This document shows positions 47,884 to 58,229 of a stretch of 64,000 bases of DNA, piece by piece. Source of the DNA: Chloroflexota bacterium (GTDB taxonomy: Bacteria; Chloroflexota; Dehalococcoidia; SM23-28-2; JACOUE01); the NCBI GenBank assembly GCA_016178045.1, contig JACOUE010000005.1, positions 18,855-82,854 on the forward strand, in the 5' to 3' direction. The notes beneath the pieces are model-generated. The model was not told the origin of the DNA and did no database searches. It saw nothing but the letters and a program-made list of their open reading frames with translations. A program made the translations under genes and the position numbers. Numbering within the stretch: position 1 is the stretch's first letter; each line of letters opens with the position of its first letter.

Positions 47884-48642
47884 TCGACGTGGTGGAGCCG
47901 GACGCGCCGTTCAGCCTGGGGCAGTGGCTGGACCTGGCGCAGGCGGCGCTGGCAGACGTCTGGTCGCGGGGAAAGCAGCCGCTGCTGGTAGGCGGGACGG
48001 GGCAGTACGTGTGGGCCCTGCTGGAGGGGTGGCGCGTGCCCCGGGTGCCGCCGCAGGCGGAGTTCCGGCGGCGGTTGGAGGAGCGGGCGACCCGTGAGGG
48101 CCCCGAGGCGCTGTACGAGAAACTGAAGGCCACTGACCCGGTCGCCGCGGCGAAGATCGACCGGCGGAACCTGCGGCGGGTCATACGAGCGCTGGAGGTG
48201 CTGGAGGCGACGGGTAAGCCGCTGTCCTACTGGCAAACGAAGGAGCCGCCGCCGTTCGAAACGCTGGTCATCGGGCTGCGGCTGCCGCGGGACGAGCTGT
48301 ACCGGCGGATCGACGGGCGGGTGGCCCGCATGGTGGAGGACGGGCTGGGCGACGAGGTGCGGCGCCTGCTGGCGGCCGGGTACAGCCGGGACCTGCCGTC
48401 GATGTCGGGGATCGGGTACAAGGAGATGTGCCAGCACGTGGCCGGCGAGCTGGACTTGGCGACGGCGGTGGCGCGGATCAAAACGGAAACGCGCCGGCTG
48501 TCGCGGCACCAGAACAGCTGGTCCAAGCGGGGCGACCCCCGTGTCCGCTGGATTGAGGCGACGAAGGCGGCGGCGGAAGAGGCGGCGCGGCTGCTCGAGT
48601 CGGAGCTAGGGCTGCGAACGAATTCTGCGGAGGCGGCGGCGC

Positions 48643-49122
48643 GTGGACGCTGAGATCGAAGGGTACAGCGGCAAGATACGGTCGCTGCTGGACCGCATCC
48701 GCGCCAGCGTAGACGGCCTGACCGAGGCGCAGCTGAACCGGCGGCCCCCCCTGGACGGCGCGAACAGTCCCTACGTCATCGCGGCGCACACGCTTGGGAA
48801 TGCGCGGGCCTGGGTGCTGGGCATCGCCTGCGGCCAGGCGGTGGAGCGGGACCGGCCGGCGGAGTTCGTGGCGTCCGGTCGGGCTGCGGATCTGTTGGCG
48901 GCGGCGCGGCAACTTTCGGGCGAGATTGAGGCGGCGTTGGCGGTGCTATCGCTCTCCGACTTGGAGCGACGGCTCGTGCCGGCGAAGTCGCTTTGGGGCG
49001 AAGGTGAGCCGCACGAGATATCGGTCCGCCAGGCGCTGCTTGAGGTGGTGGAGCACGCCTCCATCCACCTGGGCCAGCTCCACATAACGTGCGACCTGGC
49101 GCGGCGGGAGATCGCGGCATGA
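48643..49122 (+). CDS. DinB family protein
   Basis: 159 aa with DinB_2 helix-bundle His motifs (AAHTLGNARAW, EHASIHLGQL). Confidence 0.65.
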   Translation: MDAEIEGYSGKIRSLLDRIRASVDGLTEAQLNRRPPLDGANSPYVIAAHTLGNARAWVLGIACGQAVERDRPAEFVASGRAADLLAAARQLSGEIEAALAVLSLSDLERRLVPAKSLWGEGEPHEISVRQALLEVVEHASIHLGQLHITCDLARREIAA

Positions 49123-49885
49123 AGTTCGTCAAGATGCAGGGCACGGGGAACGACTTCGTGCTGGTGGAAGCGCGCGGCGACGAGCGCGACTGGTCGCGGC
49201 TGGCGGCGGCAGCGTGCGACCGCCACTTCGGCATCGGCGCGGACGGGCTGATCCTGGTGCTGCCGTCGCAGCAGGGGGACGTGCGGATGCGCATGTTCAA
49301 CAGCGGCGTGACGGCAGCCTCACGGTGGAGACGATACCGGGCGTACTCACGGCGCAGATCCTCGACGGCGGGCGGCGGGTGCGGGTATCGATGGGGTCGC
49401 CGCGGTTCGAGGCTTCGGAGATACCGCTGGCGGCGGAGGTCGGCACGCGGGTGAAGGACTTCCTGCTGGAGTTGGAGGGACGGCGGCTGGCCGTCACCTG
49501 CCTCTCGCTGGGGAACCCGCACGCGGTGCACTTCACGGAGAAGCCGGTGGACCAGTTCCCGCTGGCGGACCTGGGCCCAAAGTTGGAGCGGCATCCCGTG
49601 TTCCCGCAGCGGGTCAACTTCAGCGTGGCGCGGGTGCTGGGCCGCGGGCGGATGGAGGCGCGGGTGTGGGAGCGGGGGGCGGGGGCGACCCTGGCCTGCG
49701 GCTCGGGGGCGTGCGCCGTGGTGGTGGCCGCGCGGCTGCACGACCTGGTGGACGAGAGGGTCGAGGTGCGGCTGCCAGGCGGTACGCTGACAATCGAGTG
49801 GGACGCAGACGCGCGTAGCGGCCGGGGCGAGGTGTACCTGACGGGCCCGGCGGAGTTCGTGTTCGAGGGTGAGTGGCCGGAGTAG
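49119..49885 (+). pseudogene. dapF: diaminopimelate epimerase with internal about 130 bp deletion/frameshift removing the catalytic Cys (GNG) region
   Basis: Frame 1 reads MKFVKMQGTGNDFVLVEARGDE...GADGLILVLPSQQGDVRMRMFNS, then junk. Frame 3 resumes LTVETIPGVLTAQILDGG...LSLGNPHAVHF...GSGACAVVVAA. About 45 aa between FNS and LTVET, including the first active-site Cys, are missing. Confidence 0.65.
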
Positions 49886-49943
49886 CGCCAGGGCAGCCCC
49901 GTCCTCTAGCGGTTTCCCACGGATACGGTAGAATATTGCCGCT

Positions 49944-51293
49944 ATGGAGCCGCGCATCCAGTACGCGAAGACCAGCGACGGGGTCAGCATAGCCTTCTGC
50001 ATCATGGGGGAGGGGGCGCCGGTGGTGCTGATGGCAGGCTGGCCGTTCTGCCACCTTCAGGCCGAGTGGATGGTGCCCAGTTATCGCCTGTACCATGAGC
50101 GGCTCGCAGCGGGCGCGCGCGTTATCCGGTACGACCCGCGGGGCTGCGGGATGTCGCAGCGAGACGTCGCCGACCTGTCGGCGGAAGGGCGGGTGCGGGA
50201 CCTGGAAGCAGTGCTTGGACACGCCCGGGTCGATGCTTTCGACATTGTTTCGTGGGGAGTGGGATCACAGGCGGCGGTGCTCTTGGCCTCACGTCAGCCG
50301 GAGCAGTTGCGGCACCTGGTACTCTGGGACACCGCACCGCGGTCGCCGGACCATTACCGGGTCCCGCAGATGGACGGGTTCATAGCACTCGCGAGCACAG
50401 ACTGGGAGATGCTGACCGAGACTGCGGCGGCTGTGTACTTCGGATGGTCGCAGGGCGACGAGACGCGAAAGTTTGCCGCCTACTTGCGCGAGTGCGTCAC
50501 GCAGGCTGACGCCCTACGGGCGTTTGAAGCTTCGGCCAATCGGGACCTGACGCCACTTCTGCCAAAGATAGCAGTCCCGACCCTGGTCCTGCGGCACCAT
50601 GAGCAGTTTTTCCCCTCGATGGAGATGGCTGCCGAGCTTACATCGGCCATCCCGGGAGCGGCAATGGCGACGCTGGAGGGCCGCTGGATCACGACAGACC
50701 AGCGTGCCGAGGCCGCTGCCAGAGCGATGTCTGAGTTCATACACGAGGGCCATCACGAACAGCAAACAGGTGGCGTCGGAATGCAACTTCCTTCCGGCAC
50801 GGCAATTATCCTCTTCGCCGACATCGTCGACTCCATCGCCCTCACGGAGCGCCTCGGCGACGCCGCCTTCCGCCAGAAGGCGCGGGAGCTGGATGGTTCG
50901 CTCCGCTCCCTCATCAGCGAGAACGGCGGGACACCGGTGGAGGGAAAGCTGCTGGGCGACGGCGTGCTGGCCGTCTTCACGTCCGCCCGTCAGGCCATCG
51001 ACGTGGCGCTGCGCTGCGGGAAGGCGGGCAGCCACGGGGGGCTGCCCCTACACCTGGGCATTCACGCCGGCGACGTGATCCGCGAGGAGGGCAACGTCTA
51101 CGGCGGCGCCGTGAACATCGCCTCGCGCATCAGCGGCCTCTCCGCGCCGGGGGAGGTGCTGGTCTCCGACACCGTACGGGGGCTGGCGCGCACGTCTGCG
51201 GGCGTGTCGTTCGAGGACCGAGGCGAGCAGACGCTCAAGGGCGTGTCGGAGCCGGTGCGGCTGTTCGCTGTGCGAGAGCGGGAGGACGGGTGA
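49944..51293 (+). CDS. alpha/beta-hydrolase-fold domain fused to class III adenylate/guanylate cyclase domain (paralog 1 of 3)
   Basis: 449 aa with C-terminal cyclase domain motifs GTAIILFADIVDS, KLLGDGVLAVF and GGAVNIASR. Confidence 0.8.
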   Translation: MEPRIQYAKTSDGVSIAFCIMGEGAPVVLMAGWPFCHLQAEWMVPSYRLYHERLAAGARVIRYDPRGCGMSQRDVADLSAEGRVRDLEAVLGHARVDAFDIVSWGVGSQAAVLLASRQPEQLRHLVLWDTAPRSPDHYRVPQMDGFIALASTDWEMLTETAAAVYFGWSQGDETRKFAAYLRECVTQADALRAFEASANRDLTPLLPKIAVPTLVLRHHEQFFPSMEMAAELTSAIPGAAMATLEGRWITTDQRAEAAARAMSEFIHEGHHEQQTGGVGMQLPSGTAIILFADIVDSIALTERLGDAAFRQKARELDGSLRSLISENGGTPVEGKLLGDGVLAVFTSARQAIDVALRCGKAGSHGGLPLHLGIHAGDVIREEGNVYGGAVNIASRISGLSAPGEVLVSDTVRGLARTSAGVSFEDRGEQTLKGVSEPVRLFAVREREDG

Positions 51294-51302
51294 TGGCGGA
51301 TG

Positions 51303-51350
51303 CTCGCCCTTCGACGCTTCGACTTCGCTCAGGGCAGGCAAGCTCAGGAC
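51303..51350. repeat. REP-like repeat, family B, tandem core (cccttcgacgcttcgacttcgctcagggcaggc)
   Basis: Lies between cyclase paralogs 1 and 2. Confidence 0.7.
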
Positions 51351-51441
51351 TAGCGGATAGAAGAAGGGACGTGATGGTCGACAACGTTGTAGCGGCGACC
51401 TTCAGGTCGCCAGGTGGAGCCGCCGACTTCAGTCGGCGGGG

Positions 51442-52800
51442 GTGGTAACAACCATGGAGCCGCAGATCCAGTACCTCAAGACCACGGACGGCGTGAGCAT
51501 TGCGTACTACGCCATGGGCCAGGGAACGCCGCTCGTTTGCATGAACTTGCCCAACTCGCACCTTCAGATGGAATGGCAGATGAGCGACACGCGGCAGACC
51601 TACGAAGCGGCGGCGCGTTTAGGCACGCTCGTCCGCTACGACCATCGCGGGTTTGGGCTGTCTGATCGCGACGTGAGCGACTTCTCGATTGAGGCCCTGC
51701 TTCGCGACTTGCAGGCGGTAGTGGACAGGCTGGAGCTGAAGAGTTTCAACCTGTTGTCGTACCGCTTCTCGTCGCCGCTGGCGATCGCTTTCGCAGCAGG
51801 GCAGCCGGACCGCGTGTTGAAGCTCGTCCTCTGGCCCGGCTACGCCCGGCTGCCCGAGACTTACACGGAAGCGATCGGGAAGATGCTCGCGCTGGACGAA
51901 TCGCAATGGGAGTTCACAACGGAGTCGCTCGTAAGGTTCGGCCAGGGCTGGTCGGACGAGATGTCCGGGGCGGCGGCTGCCACGCTTCGAGAAGCGATCA
52001 CGCCACAGACGGCCAGCGAATGGTTCCGGCAGGCAAAGGAGTGGGAGGTCTCCGACATGGTGCGCGACCTGACTATGCCGACGCTTCTCATCTGTGAAAA
52101 GGGCGACAGATACCTTGGGACAGACGTTGCCCGCGAGCTTGCCAACACAATGGCTGACGCTCGCGTCACGATTCTGGACGGCGCCTCGCGCCCGGAGAGG
52201 ATGGTGCAGGCGGTGACGGCCACAGTACCATTCCTTCTCGGCCGACAAGCCGGCCCTCAGCCGGACGCGCCTGACCTCCCCTCCGGCACCGCCGTCATCC
52301 TCTTCGCCGACATCGTCGACTCCACCGCCCTCACCGAGCGCCTGGGCGACGCCGCCTTCCGCCAGAAGGCGCGGGAGCTGGACCGTTCGCTCCGCTCCAT
52401 CATCAGCGAGCGGTCCGGCACGCCGGTCGAGGGCAAGCTGCTGGGCGACGGCGTGCTGGCCGTCTTCACGTCCGCCCGTCAGGCCATCGAGGCGGCGCTG
52501 CGCTGCGCGGCGGCGGGCAGCCACGGGGGGCTGCCCCTACACCTGGGCCTCCACGCCGGCGACGTTATCCGCGAGGAGGGCAACGTCTACGGCGGCGCCG
52601 TGAACATCGCCTCGCGCATCAGCGGCCTCTCCGCGCCGGGGGAGGTGCTGGTCTCCGACACTGTACGGGGGCTGGCCCGCACGTCGGCGGGCGTGCGGTT
52701 CGAGGACCGCGGCGAGCAGCCGCTGAAGGGTGTCTCAGAGCCGGTGCGGGTGTGGGCGGTCTCCCCCTCTCCATCGCATGGAGAGGGGGCCGGGGGGTGA
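51442..52800 (+). CDS. alpha/beta-hydrolase-fold + class III cyclase (paralog 2); C-terminal tail encoded by a palindromic element
   Basis: 452 aa; MEPQIQYLKTTDGVSIAY..., and the cyclase domain is near-identical to paralog 1. The palindrome ccccctctccatcgcatggagaggggg (52769-52796) encodes SPSPSHGEGAGG. Confidence 0.8.
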   Translation: MVTTMEPQIQYLKTTDGVSIAYYAMGQGTPLVCMNLPNSHLQMEWQMSDTRQTYEAAARLGTLVRYDHRGFGLSDRDVSDFSIEALLRDLQAVVDRLELKSFNLLSYRFSSPLAIAFAAGQPDRVLKLVLWPGYARLPETYTEAIGKMLALDESQWEFTTESLVRFGQGWSDEMSGAAAATLREAITPQTASEWFRQAKEWEVSDMVRDLTMPTLLICEKGDRYLGTDVARELANTMADARVTILDGASRPERMVQAVTATVPFLLGRQAGPQPDAPDLPSGTAVILFADIVDSTALTERLGDAAFRQKARELDRSLRSIISERSGTPVEGKLLGDGVLAVFTSARQAIEAALRCAAAGSHGGLPLHLGLHAGDVIREEGNVYGGAVNIASRISGLSAPGEVLVSDTVRGLARTSAGVRFEDRGEQPLKGVSEPVRVWAVSPSPSHGEGAGG

Positions 52801-52805
52801 GGCCG

Positions 52806-54197
52806 ATGGAGCCGCGCATCCGGTACGCGAAGACGGCGGACGGCGTTCGCATAGCCTGCTATGCGGAGGGCGAAGGCCTCCCGCTCGTGTATCTTCTCCC
52901 CTTATCTGGGCACTTACAGCTCGACTGGGACCTCTTCCGTGGCAACTATGAATCGTTTCCCAGGCGCGGTTACCGGCTGATCCGCTACGACTTCCGCGGC
53001 TCGGGGCTGTCCGATCATGCGGGCAACTACTCTGTCGAAGAGTTCACACTGGATCTGGAGGCGGTGCTGGCCCGATTCGGCGTCGAGGCCTGTGCCATAT
53101 TCGCAAATGGGCCATCCAGTCCCTTTGCAATCGTGTTTTCGGCAACCCGACCGCAGCACGTGTCCCATCTCGTGCTCCACGAGCCTTTCGCTGCGTTCGA
53201 TCAGATAGCAGGAGGGTCCCAGGTCCGAGCGTTGATGGCGCTATTGGACAGCGACTATGTGGTTTTCACCGAGACGATTGCCAGCGTCTTCTTCGGGTGG
53301 GCGGCTGGCGACGTGCCCCGCCGGTATGCTGCCCTCCTCCGCGAGTCGCAGACGCATGGTGAAGCGCGCCGGGCAGCGCAATCGATGGCCTCGCTGGACT
53401 CTCGCCCGTTCCTGAGCGACGTGCGGGCGCCTACTCTGATCTGCCACCATCGTGGCGCATCACTTGTGCCTATCGAGGTGCTACGGGATTTGTCGTCAGG
53501 CATTCCAAACGCGAGCTTAGTGGTGATGGAAGGCGAGACCGTCGCCGGCGACATCAACTCGCCGCAGATGCGGGAGGCTGTCGACGAGTTCCTCCTCGGC
53601 GCCGCTAGTGTACCTAGTGTTGTCCCGCCGCTTGCGTCTGCCACCGTGGACGCCGCCGCTACTGCTGGTGGAACGTTCCGCACGATCCTGTTCACGGATG
53701 TGGAGGGCTCGACGGCCATCACTCAGCGGCTCGGGGACGAGGGGGCGCGGGAGGTGCTGCGGGAGCACGAGCGGATTGTGCGAGAAGCGCTGAAGGCGCA
53801 CGGGGGCGCCGAGGTGAAGACGATGGGGGACGGCTTCATGGCCTCGTTCGCCTCGGCGACGAAGGCGCTGGAGTGCGCCATCGCCATTCAGAAGGCGATC
53901 CAGGAGTGGAACCAGACCGCTCGTGGTGAGCCTGTCGAACCACGAGCGGAGGAGATACGGGTGCGCATCGGCCTGAACGCCGGGGAGCCGATCGCGGAAG
54001 CGGACGATTTATTCGGCACGGCGGTGAACATGGCCGCGCGGATTGCGGCGAAGGCGGAGGGCGGCGAGATACTGGTGTCGGACGTCGTGCGGCAGCTGCT
54101 GGCGGGCAAGGGGTTCGTCTTTGCGGACCGGGGGGAGATGCCGCTGAAGGGGTTCGAGGAGCCGGTGCGGCTGTTCGAGGTGAGATGGACGACCTGA
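52806..54197 (+). CDS. alpha/beta-hydrolase-fold + class III cyclase (paralog 3, more divergent)
   Basis: Start ATG 52806 with RBS GGGGGTGAGG; MEPRIRYAKTADGVRIAC...; cyclase domain FTDVEGSTAITQRLGD, KTMGDGFMASF and GTAVNMAARI. Confidence 0.8.
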   Translation: MEPRIRYAKTADGVRIACYAEGEGLPLVYLLPLSGHLQLDWDLFRGNYESFPRRGYRLIRYDFRGSGLSDHAGNYSVEEFTLDLEAVLARFGVEACAIFANGPSSPFAIVFSATRPQHVSHLVLHEPFAAFDQIAGGSQVRALMALLDSDYVVFTETIASVFFGWAAGDVPRRYAALLRESQTHGEARRAAQSMASLDSRPFLSDVRAPTLICHHRGASLVPIEVLRDLSSGIPNASLVVMEGETVAGDINSPQMREAVDEFLLGAASVPSVVPPLASATVDAAATAGGTFRTILFTDVEGSTAITQRLGDEGAREVLREHERIVREALKAHGGAEVKTMGDGFMASFASATKALECAIAIQKAIQEWNQTARGEPVEPRAEEIRVRIGLNAGEPIAEADDLFGTAVNMAARIAAKAEGGEILVSDVVRQLLAGKGFVFADRGEMPLKGFEEPVRLFEVRWTT

Positions 54198-55009
54198 TCC
54201 GGGGGGCGATAGCGGTAGGCCGAGCGTTTGAGGCGCTGGGTAACGAGTGCTTTGAAGCGGAGGGCGCGACCTTCATCCGTAACCGCTCGCGGCCTGACCT
54301 TCGCGGCTCCAACTGCGTCACCGGCGTGACCGCCGGCACACCAAAGGAGATCGAACGCCTGCTGGCCCGCGTCGAGGCGGAGTTCGCCGCCTTTCCCCAC
54401 CGGCAGTTCGAGGTGGACTGCCTCACGCCCCCTGCCCTTGAGCCGCGGCTGGTCGTGGAGGGGTACAAGCGCGAGGGGGGCGTCGTCCTGGTGCTGGAGG
54501 CCGAACTGAACACCGAGGCCAGACCCCACGATGTCCGGCTGGTGGAGAGCGACGCGGAGTGGGGGGCGTACGGCCGCCTGCTCCGGCTCGACTGGAAGGA
54601 AGTGATGGAGCGCCTCGGCCGCCGCTACCGGGACGAAGCCGTCGACCAGGCCATCGCGAGAACGCGGGACAGGGGGCTGCCGGCGCGGCACTGGCTCGCC
54701 TACTTGGACGGCGAGGCGCGCGCCTACTGCTCGTCGTTTGTGGGGCCGGGCGGCATGGGGATGGTGGAGGACCTGTTCACCCACCCGGACTGCCGGCACT
54801 GGGGGCTGGCGACGGCCCTGGTGCACCGCTGCGTCGCCGACTGCCGGGAGCGGGGCGCCGGGCCGGTGATCATCGGCGCCGACCCCGACGATACGCCGAA
54901 GCAGATGTACGCGGCGATGGGCTTCCGCCCGCTTATGGTGATACGCTCGTACTGGAAGGAAGTCGCACCCTCACCCTCGCCCTCTCCCTGGAGGGAGAGG
55001 GAGGCATGA
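54185..55009 (+). CDS. GNAT family N-acetyltransferase (C-terminal GNAT domain)
   Basis: 274 aa with GLATALVHRCVADCRERGAG. The 3' end contains the palindrome ccctctccctggagggagaggg. Confidence 0.65.
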   Translation: MDDLIRGAIAVGRAFEALGNECFEAEGATFIRNRSRPDLRGSNCVTGVTAGTPKEIERLLARVEAEFAAFPHRQFEVDCLTPPALEPRLVVEGYKREGGVVLVLEAELNTEARPHDVRLVESDAEWGAYGRLLRLDWKEVMERLGRRYRDEAVDQAIARTRDRGLPARHWLAYLDGEARAYCSSFVGPGGMGMVEDLFTHPDCRHWGLATALVHRCVADCRERGAGPVIIGADPDDTPKQMYAAMGFRPLMVIRSYWKEVAPSPSPSPWREREA

Positions 55010-55039
55010 CGGATATCGGTTGGTAAGCGGGATAGCGTT

Positions 55040-55411
55040 GTGGTCAAGCTGATCTACTGTCTGCGCCGCCTGCCGGAGCTTTCGCGGGAGGAGTTCCAGC
55101 GGTACTGGCGGGAGACCCACGGCCCGCTGGTGCGTCGGCACGCGAAGACTCTGCGCATCCGTCGCTACGTGCAGGTGCACACGCTGGACACGTCGGTGAA
55201 CGAGGCCCTTCGCCGGAGCCGCAACGGCGCCGAGCCTTACGACGGCGTGGCCGAGCTGTGGTGGGACAGCGAGGAGGAGTTCGCGGCGGCCACGGCGACG
55301 CCGGAGGGCCGCGAGGCGGTGCGGGAGCTGGTGGAGGACGAGCGCCGGTTCATCGACTTCGCGCGCTCTCCGCTCTGGGTGGCGCGGGAGTACCCGGTGA
55401 TCGAGGGTTAG
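55040..55411 (+). CDS. EthD domain protein
   Basis: 123 aa; [30 protein letters not shown] pattern. Confidence 0.7.
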   Translation: MVKLIYCLRRLPELSREEFQRYWRETHGPLVRRHAKTLRIRRYVQVHTLDTSVNEALRRSRNGAEPYDGVAELWWDSEEEFAAATATPEGREAVRELVEDERRFIDFARSPLWVAREYPVIEG

Positions 55412-55412
55412 G

Positions 55413-56585
55413 GTGAAGTTCGCCAGGCGGATCGAGAAGCTGCCGCCGTATCTCTTCGCCGAGATCAGCCGCAAGATCGCCGAGAAGGAGCGCCAGGGGG
55501 TGCGGGTCATCTCCTTCGGCATCGGCGACCCCGACCTGCCGACGCCCGAGCACGTGATCGAGGCTCTGCGGGAGGCGGCGTGCGATCCCGCCAACCACCG
55601 CTACCCGGAGACGGAGGGTCTGCCGGAGCTGCGCCGGGCCATCGCCGGCTGGTACGAGCGGCGGTTCGGCGTGACGCTGGACCCCGACCGGGAGGTGCTG
55701 CCGCTCATCGGCTCGAAGGAGGGGATCGGGCACGTAGCCCTGTGCTTCATCGACCCGGGGGACGTGGCGCTCGTGCCGGACCCGGGCTACCCGGTGTACG
55801 CCATCGGCACGATGTTCGCCGGGGGCGAGGCGTACTACTTGCCGCTGCGGGAGGAGAACGACTTCCTGCCCGACCTGGAATCGGTGCCGGAGCGGGTGGC
55901 GCGGAAGGTGAAACTCCTCTGGATCAACTACCCGAACAACCCGACGGGCGCCGTCGCCGATATCGAGTTCTTCGAGCGAGTGGTGGCGTTCGCCCGCAAG
56001 TACGACGTCGCCGTCTGCCACGATGGCCCCTATACCGAGGTGGCCTACGACGGGTACCGGCCGCCCAGCTTCCTCCAGGCGGTGGGCGCCAGGGACGTGG
56101 GCATCGAGTTCCACTCGCTCTCGAAGGCGTACAACATGACCGGGTGGCGCATCGGGATGGCGGTGGGGAACGCGGCGATGGTCGACGCTCTGATGCGCGT
56201 GAAGTCGAACCTGGACTCGGGGGTGCCCCAGGCGATCCAGCGCATGGCCATCGCGGCGCTGGAGGGCCCGCAGGATGTCGTCGAGGAGCACAACCGCGTG
56301 TACCAGCGCCGGCGGGACCGGCTGGCGGCGGCGCTGGCTGCGATGGGGCTGCGGGTGCCGCCCTGCCGCGCCTCGCTCTACCTATGGGCGCGGGTGCCGG
56401 AGGGGACGACGAGCGTGGGGTTCGCGGCGCGGCTGCTGGAGGAGGCGGCGGTGGTGGTGACGCCGGGGATCGGCTACGGGCCCAGCGGCGAGGGGTACGT
56501 ACGGCTGTCGTTGAGCCTTCCGGACGACGAGCTGGAGGAGGGGGTGCGGCGGTTGGAGGCGCTCGCCGGTGACTGGCGGAAGTAG
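55413..56585 (+). CDS. dapL: LL-diaminopimelate aminotransferase-like class I/II aminotransferase
   Basis: 390 aa; the [13 protein letters not shown]...[14 protein letters not shown]-terminus and the [13 protein letters not shown]-lysine motif. Confidence 0.75.
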   Translation: MKFARRIEKLPPYLFAEISRKIAEKERQGVRVISFGIGDPDLPTPEHVIEALREAACDPANHRYPETEGLPELRRAIAGWYERRFGVTLDPDREVLPLIGSKEGIGHVALCFIDPGDVALVPDPGYPVYAIGTMFAGGEAYYLPLREENDFLPDLESVPERVARKVKLLWINYPNNPTGAVADIEFFERVVAFARKYDVAVCHDGPYTEVAYDGYRPPSFLQAVGARDVGIEFHSLSKAYNMTGWRIGMAVGNAAMVDALMRVKSNLDSGVPQAIQRMAIAALEGPQDVVEEHNRVYQRRRDRLAAALAAMGLRVPPCRASLYLWARVPEGTTSVGFAARLLEEAAVVVTPGIGYGPSGEGYVRLSLSLPDDELEEGVRRLEALAGDWRK

Positions 56586-56600
56586 CCGGCCTCGGAGTTC

Positions 56601-57419
56601 CTACGCCCTCGAGCTCACCGGTGCGATCTGGATGACCCGCGCGGGCACGGGCTCGCTTTTCCCCTTGAGCTGCAGGCTGACGGTTACAGCCTCAGGGTAG
56701 CGCTGGCCGACCGCTTCGTAGACGCGCTCCGACATCACTATCTGTCCACCCCTGGCCTCGGCCTGTAGGCGGGCAGCCGTGTTGACCACGTCGCCGAGGG
56801 CGGTGAAATCCTTCACTTCCCCCGAGCCGACGTTGCCGACCCACGCCAGACCGTGGTCGAGGCCGACGCCCAGCGGGAGCCAGGAGCCCTCGCGGGAAGG
56901 ATAGCCGACGCCGTGGAGGAGGGCCTCCGCGGCGGACACCATCTTGTCGACATACTGCCGGCCAGCGAAGCCGGGGATGAAAAGGCCCATCACCTGGTCG
57001 CCTACCAGCTTGTCGATGACGGCGTCGCGGCTGGTGAGGGCGTCGATGGCGAGGGCGTAGAAGCGGTTCATGACGCGGGCGACCTCCTCGGGCGACTCGG
57101 GCTCGGCAATGGCGGTATAGCCGCGCACGTCGGCGAAGAGGACCCCGATATCGACCTCGGCGCCGCCGAGGGGAGCCTTCTCGAATCAGGTGTTGCAGAA
57201 GAGCGGGTTCTTGCGAGAGGGGGCGAACCCGACGAGCCCGAGAATCCTCCCGCCCACGCCGGCGAAGGGGTTGAAGCACATCTTGCAGCGGGGGTCGCTG
57301 GGGAGGTGGCGCATGACGCGGCGCATCAGCCGCGTGGCGCCCATGGCCTCGCCGCAGGCGAGGGCCCTGCGCAGTTCCTCTTCCTCTTTCGAGACCGGTG
57401 GCTTTTCCTCGGCGGCCAT
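56601..57419 (-). CDS. zinc-ribbon domain fused to class III adenylate cyclase domain, interrupted by in-frame TGA at 57186-57188
   Basis: ATG 57419 with SD GAGGA, then MAAEEKPPV...RCKMCFNPFAGVGGRILGLVGFAPSRKNPLFCNT-[TGA]-FEKAPLGGAEVDIGVLFADVRGYTAIAEPE... and the cyclase domain to 56601. The ORF track splits this into 57186-57419 plus 56601-57128. The second would start at GTG after the metal-binding Asp of FAD, so the 56601 ORF alone cannot be functional. CKMC-x26-CNT[TGA] fits a CxxC...CxxC zinc ribbon. Confidence 0.5.
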
Positions 57420-57467
57420 CGCTGTCCTCGCTAGCCGGGCTCCAGCAGAAGCCCGAGTGCTAACAGT

Positions 57468-58229
57468 CTACGCCCGCGCCAGCAGCGCGGCAACACTTGC
57501 CGCTATCACCGATCCTGTGAGCAGCAGGAGCGCGCGCTCGTCGGGGGTGATGAGGTAGCGGCGGTCGATCTCTTCCGTACGGCCTTCGTCGTAGGTGATC
57601 GTCCCCTCGACGGTGAGGGCGCGACGGCGGACGGTGCGGACGCGGCGGCTGAGGGTGCGCTGGGCCAGGCTGAGGGCGAAGACGGCCAGCGCCCCGACGG
57701 CGGCCGACGCTTCGAATCGCTCGGCGCTGGCCCAGCAGGCGGTCAGGAAGGGGAAGGCGCCCCACGATAGGGCGAACCAGAAGTCGGAGTGGAAGCGCCC
57801 TCGGAACCACTCGAGGTTGTACGCGGGCAGGATGAAGGCGCCGAAGGCGACGAACGGGAGCAACCAGAGGGAGGCGAGGACGGCGCCGGCGAGACCCAGG
57901 GCGAGGGCGCCGGCAAGGCCGAAAGCCGCGAGCGCGATGAGGACGGACGATGGGATGCGGGTGCGCAGAGGCCGGCCGTTGAACTCGTCCAGGGCGTGGG
58001 CGGAAACGCCGACGGCGAGGAAGAAGGCGAGGAGGGTCGCGCCCAGGCGGTCGTAGCGGAGGGTGGGGGCGAGGGCGGCGCCGAGCACGACGTAGCTGAG
58101 GTGCCACAGGGTGTACGGCGGATGGAGGAGGGTGACGTAGTCGCTCCAGCGATCGAGGGGCAGGGCGTAGAAGGCGGGGCGCTCGGTGGAGGCCTCGCCG
58201 GGGGGGCCGCTCCTGGCTGCGGTCCTCAC
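57468..58229 (-). CDS. polytopic membrane protein (possible prenyltransferase-like, family uncertain)
   Basis: The conserved part of ORF 57468-58631 lies downstream of GTG 58229 (GTGA overlap with the upstream methyltransferase stop). It is multi-TM with the motif SAHALDEFNGRP. Confidence 0.45.
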   Translation of the reverse strand: MRTAARSGPPGEASTERPAFYALPLDRWSDYVTLLHPPYTLWHLSYVVLGAALAPTLRYDRLGATLLAFFLAVGVSAHALDEFNGRPLRTRIPSSVLIALAAFGLAGALALGLAGAVLASLWLLPFVAFGAFILPAYNLEWFRGRFHSDFWFALSWGAFPFLTACWASAERFEASAAVGALAVFALSLAQRTLSRRVRTVRRRALTVEGTITYDEGRTEEIDRRYLITPDERALLLLTGSVIAASVAALLARA

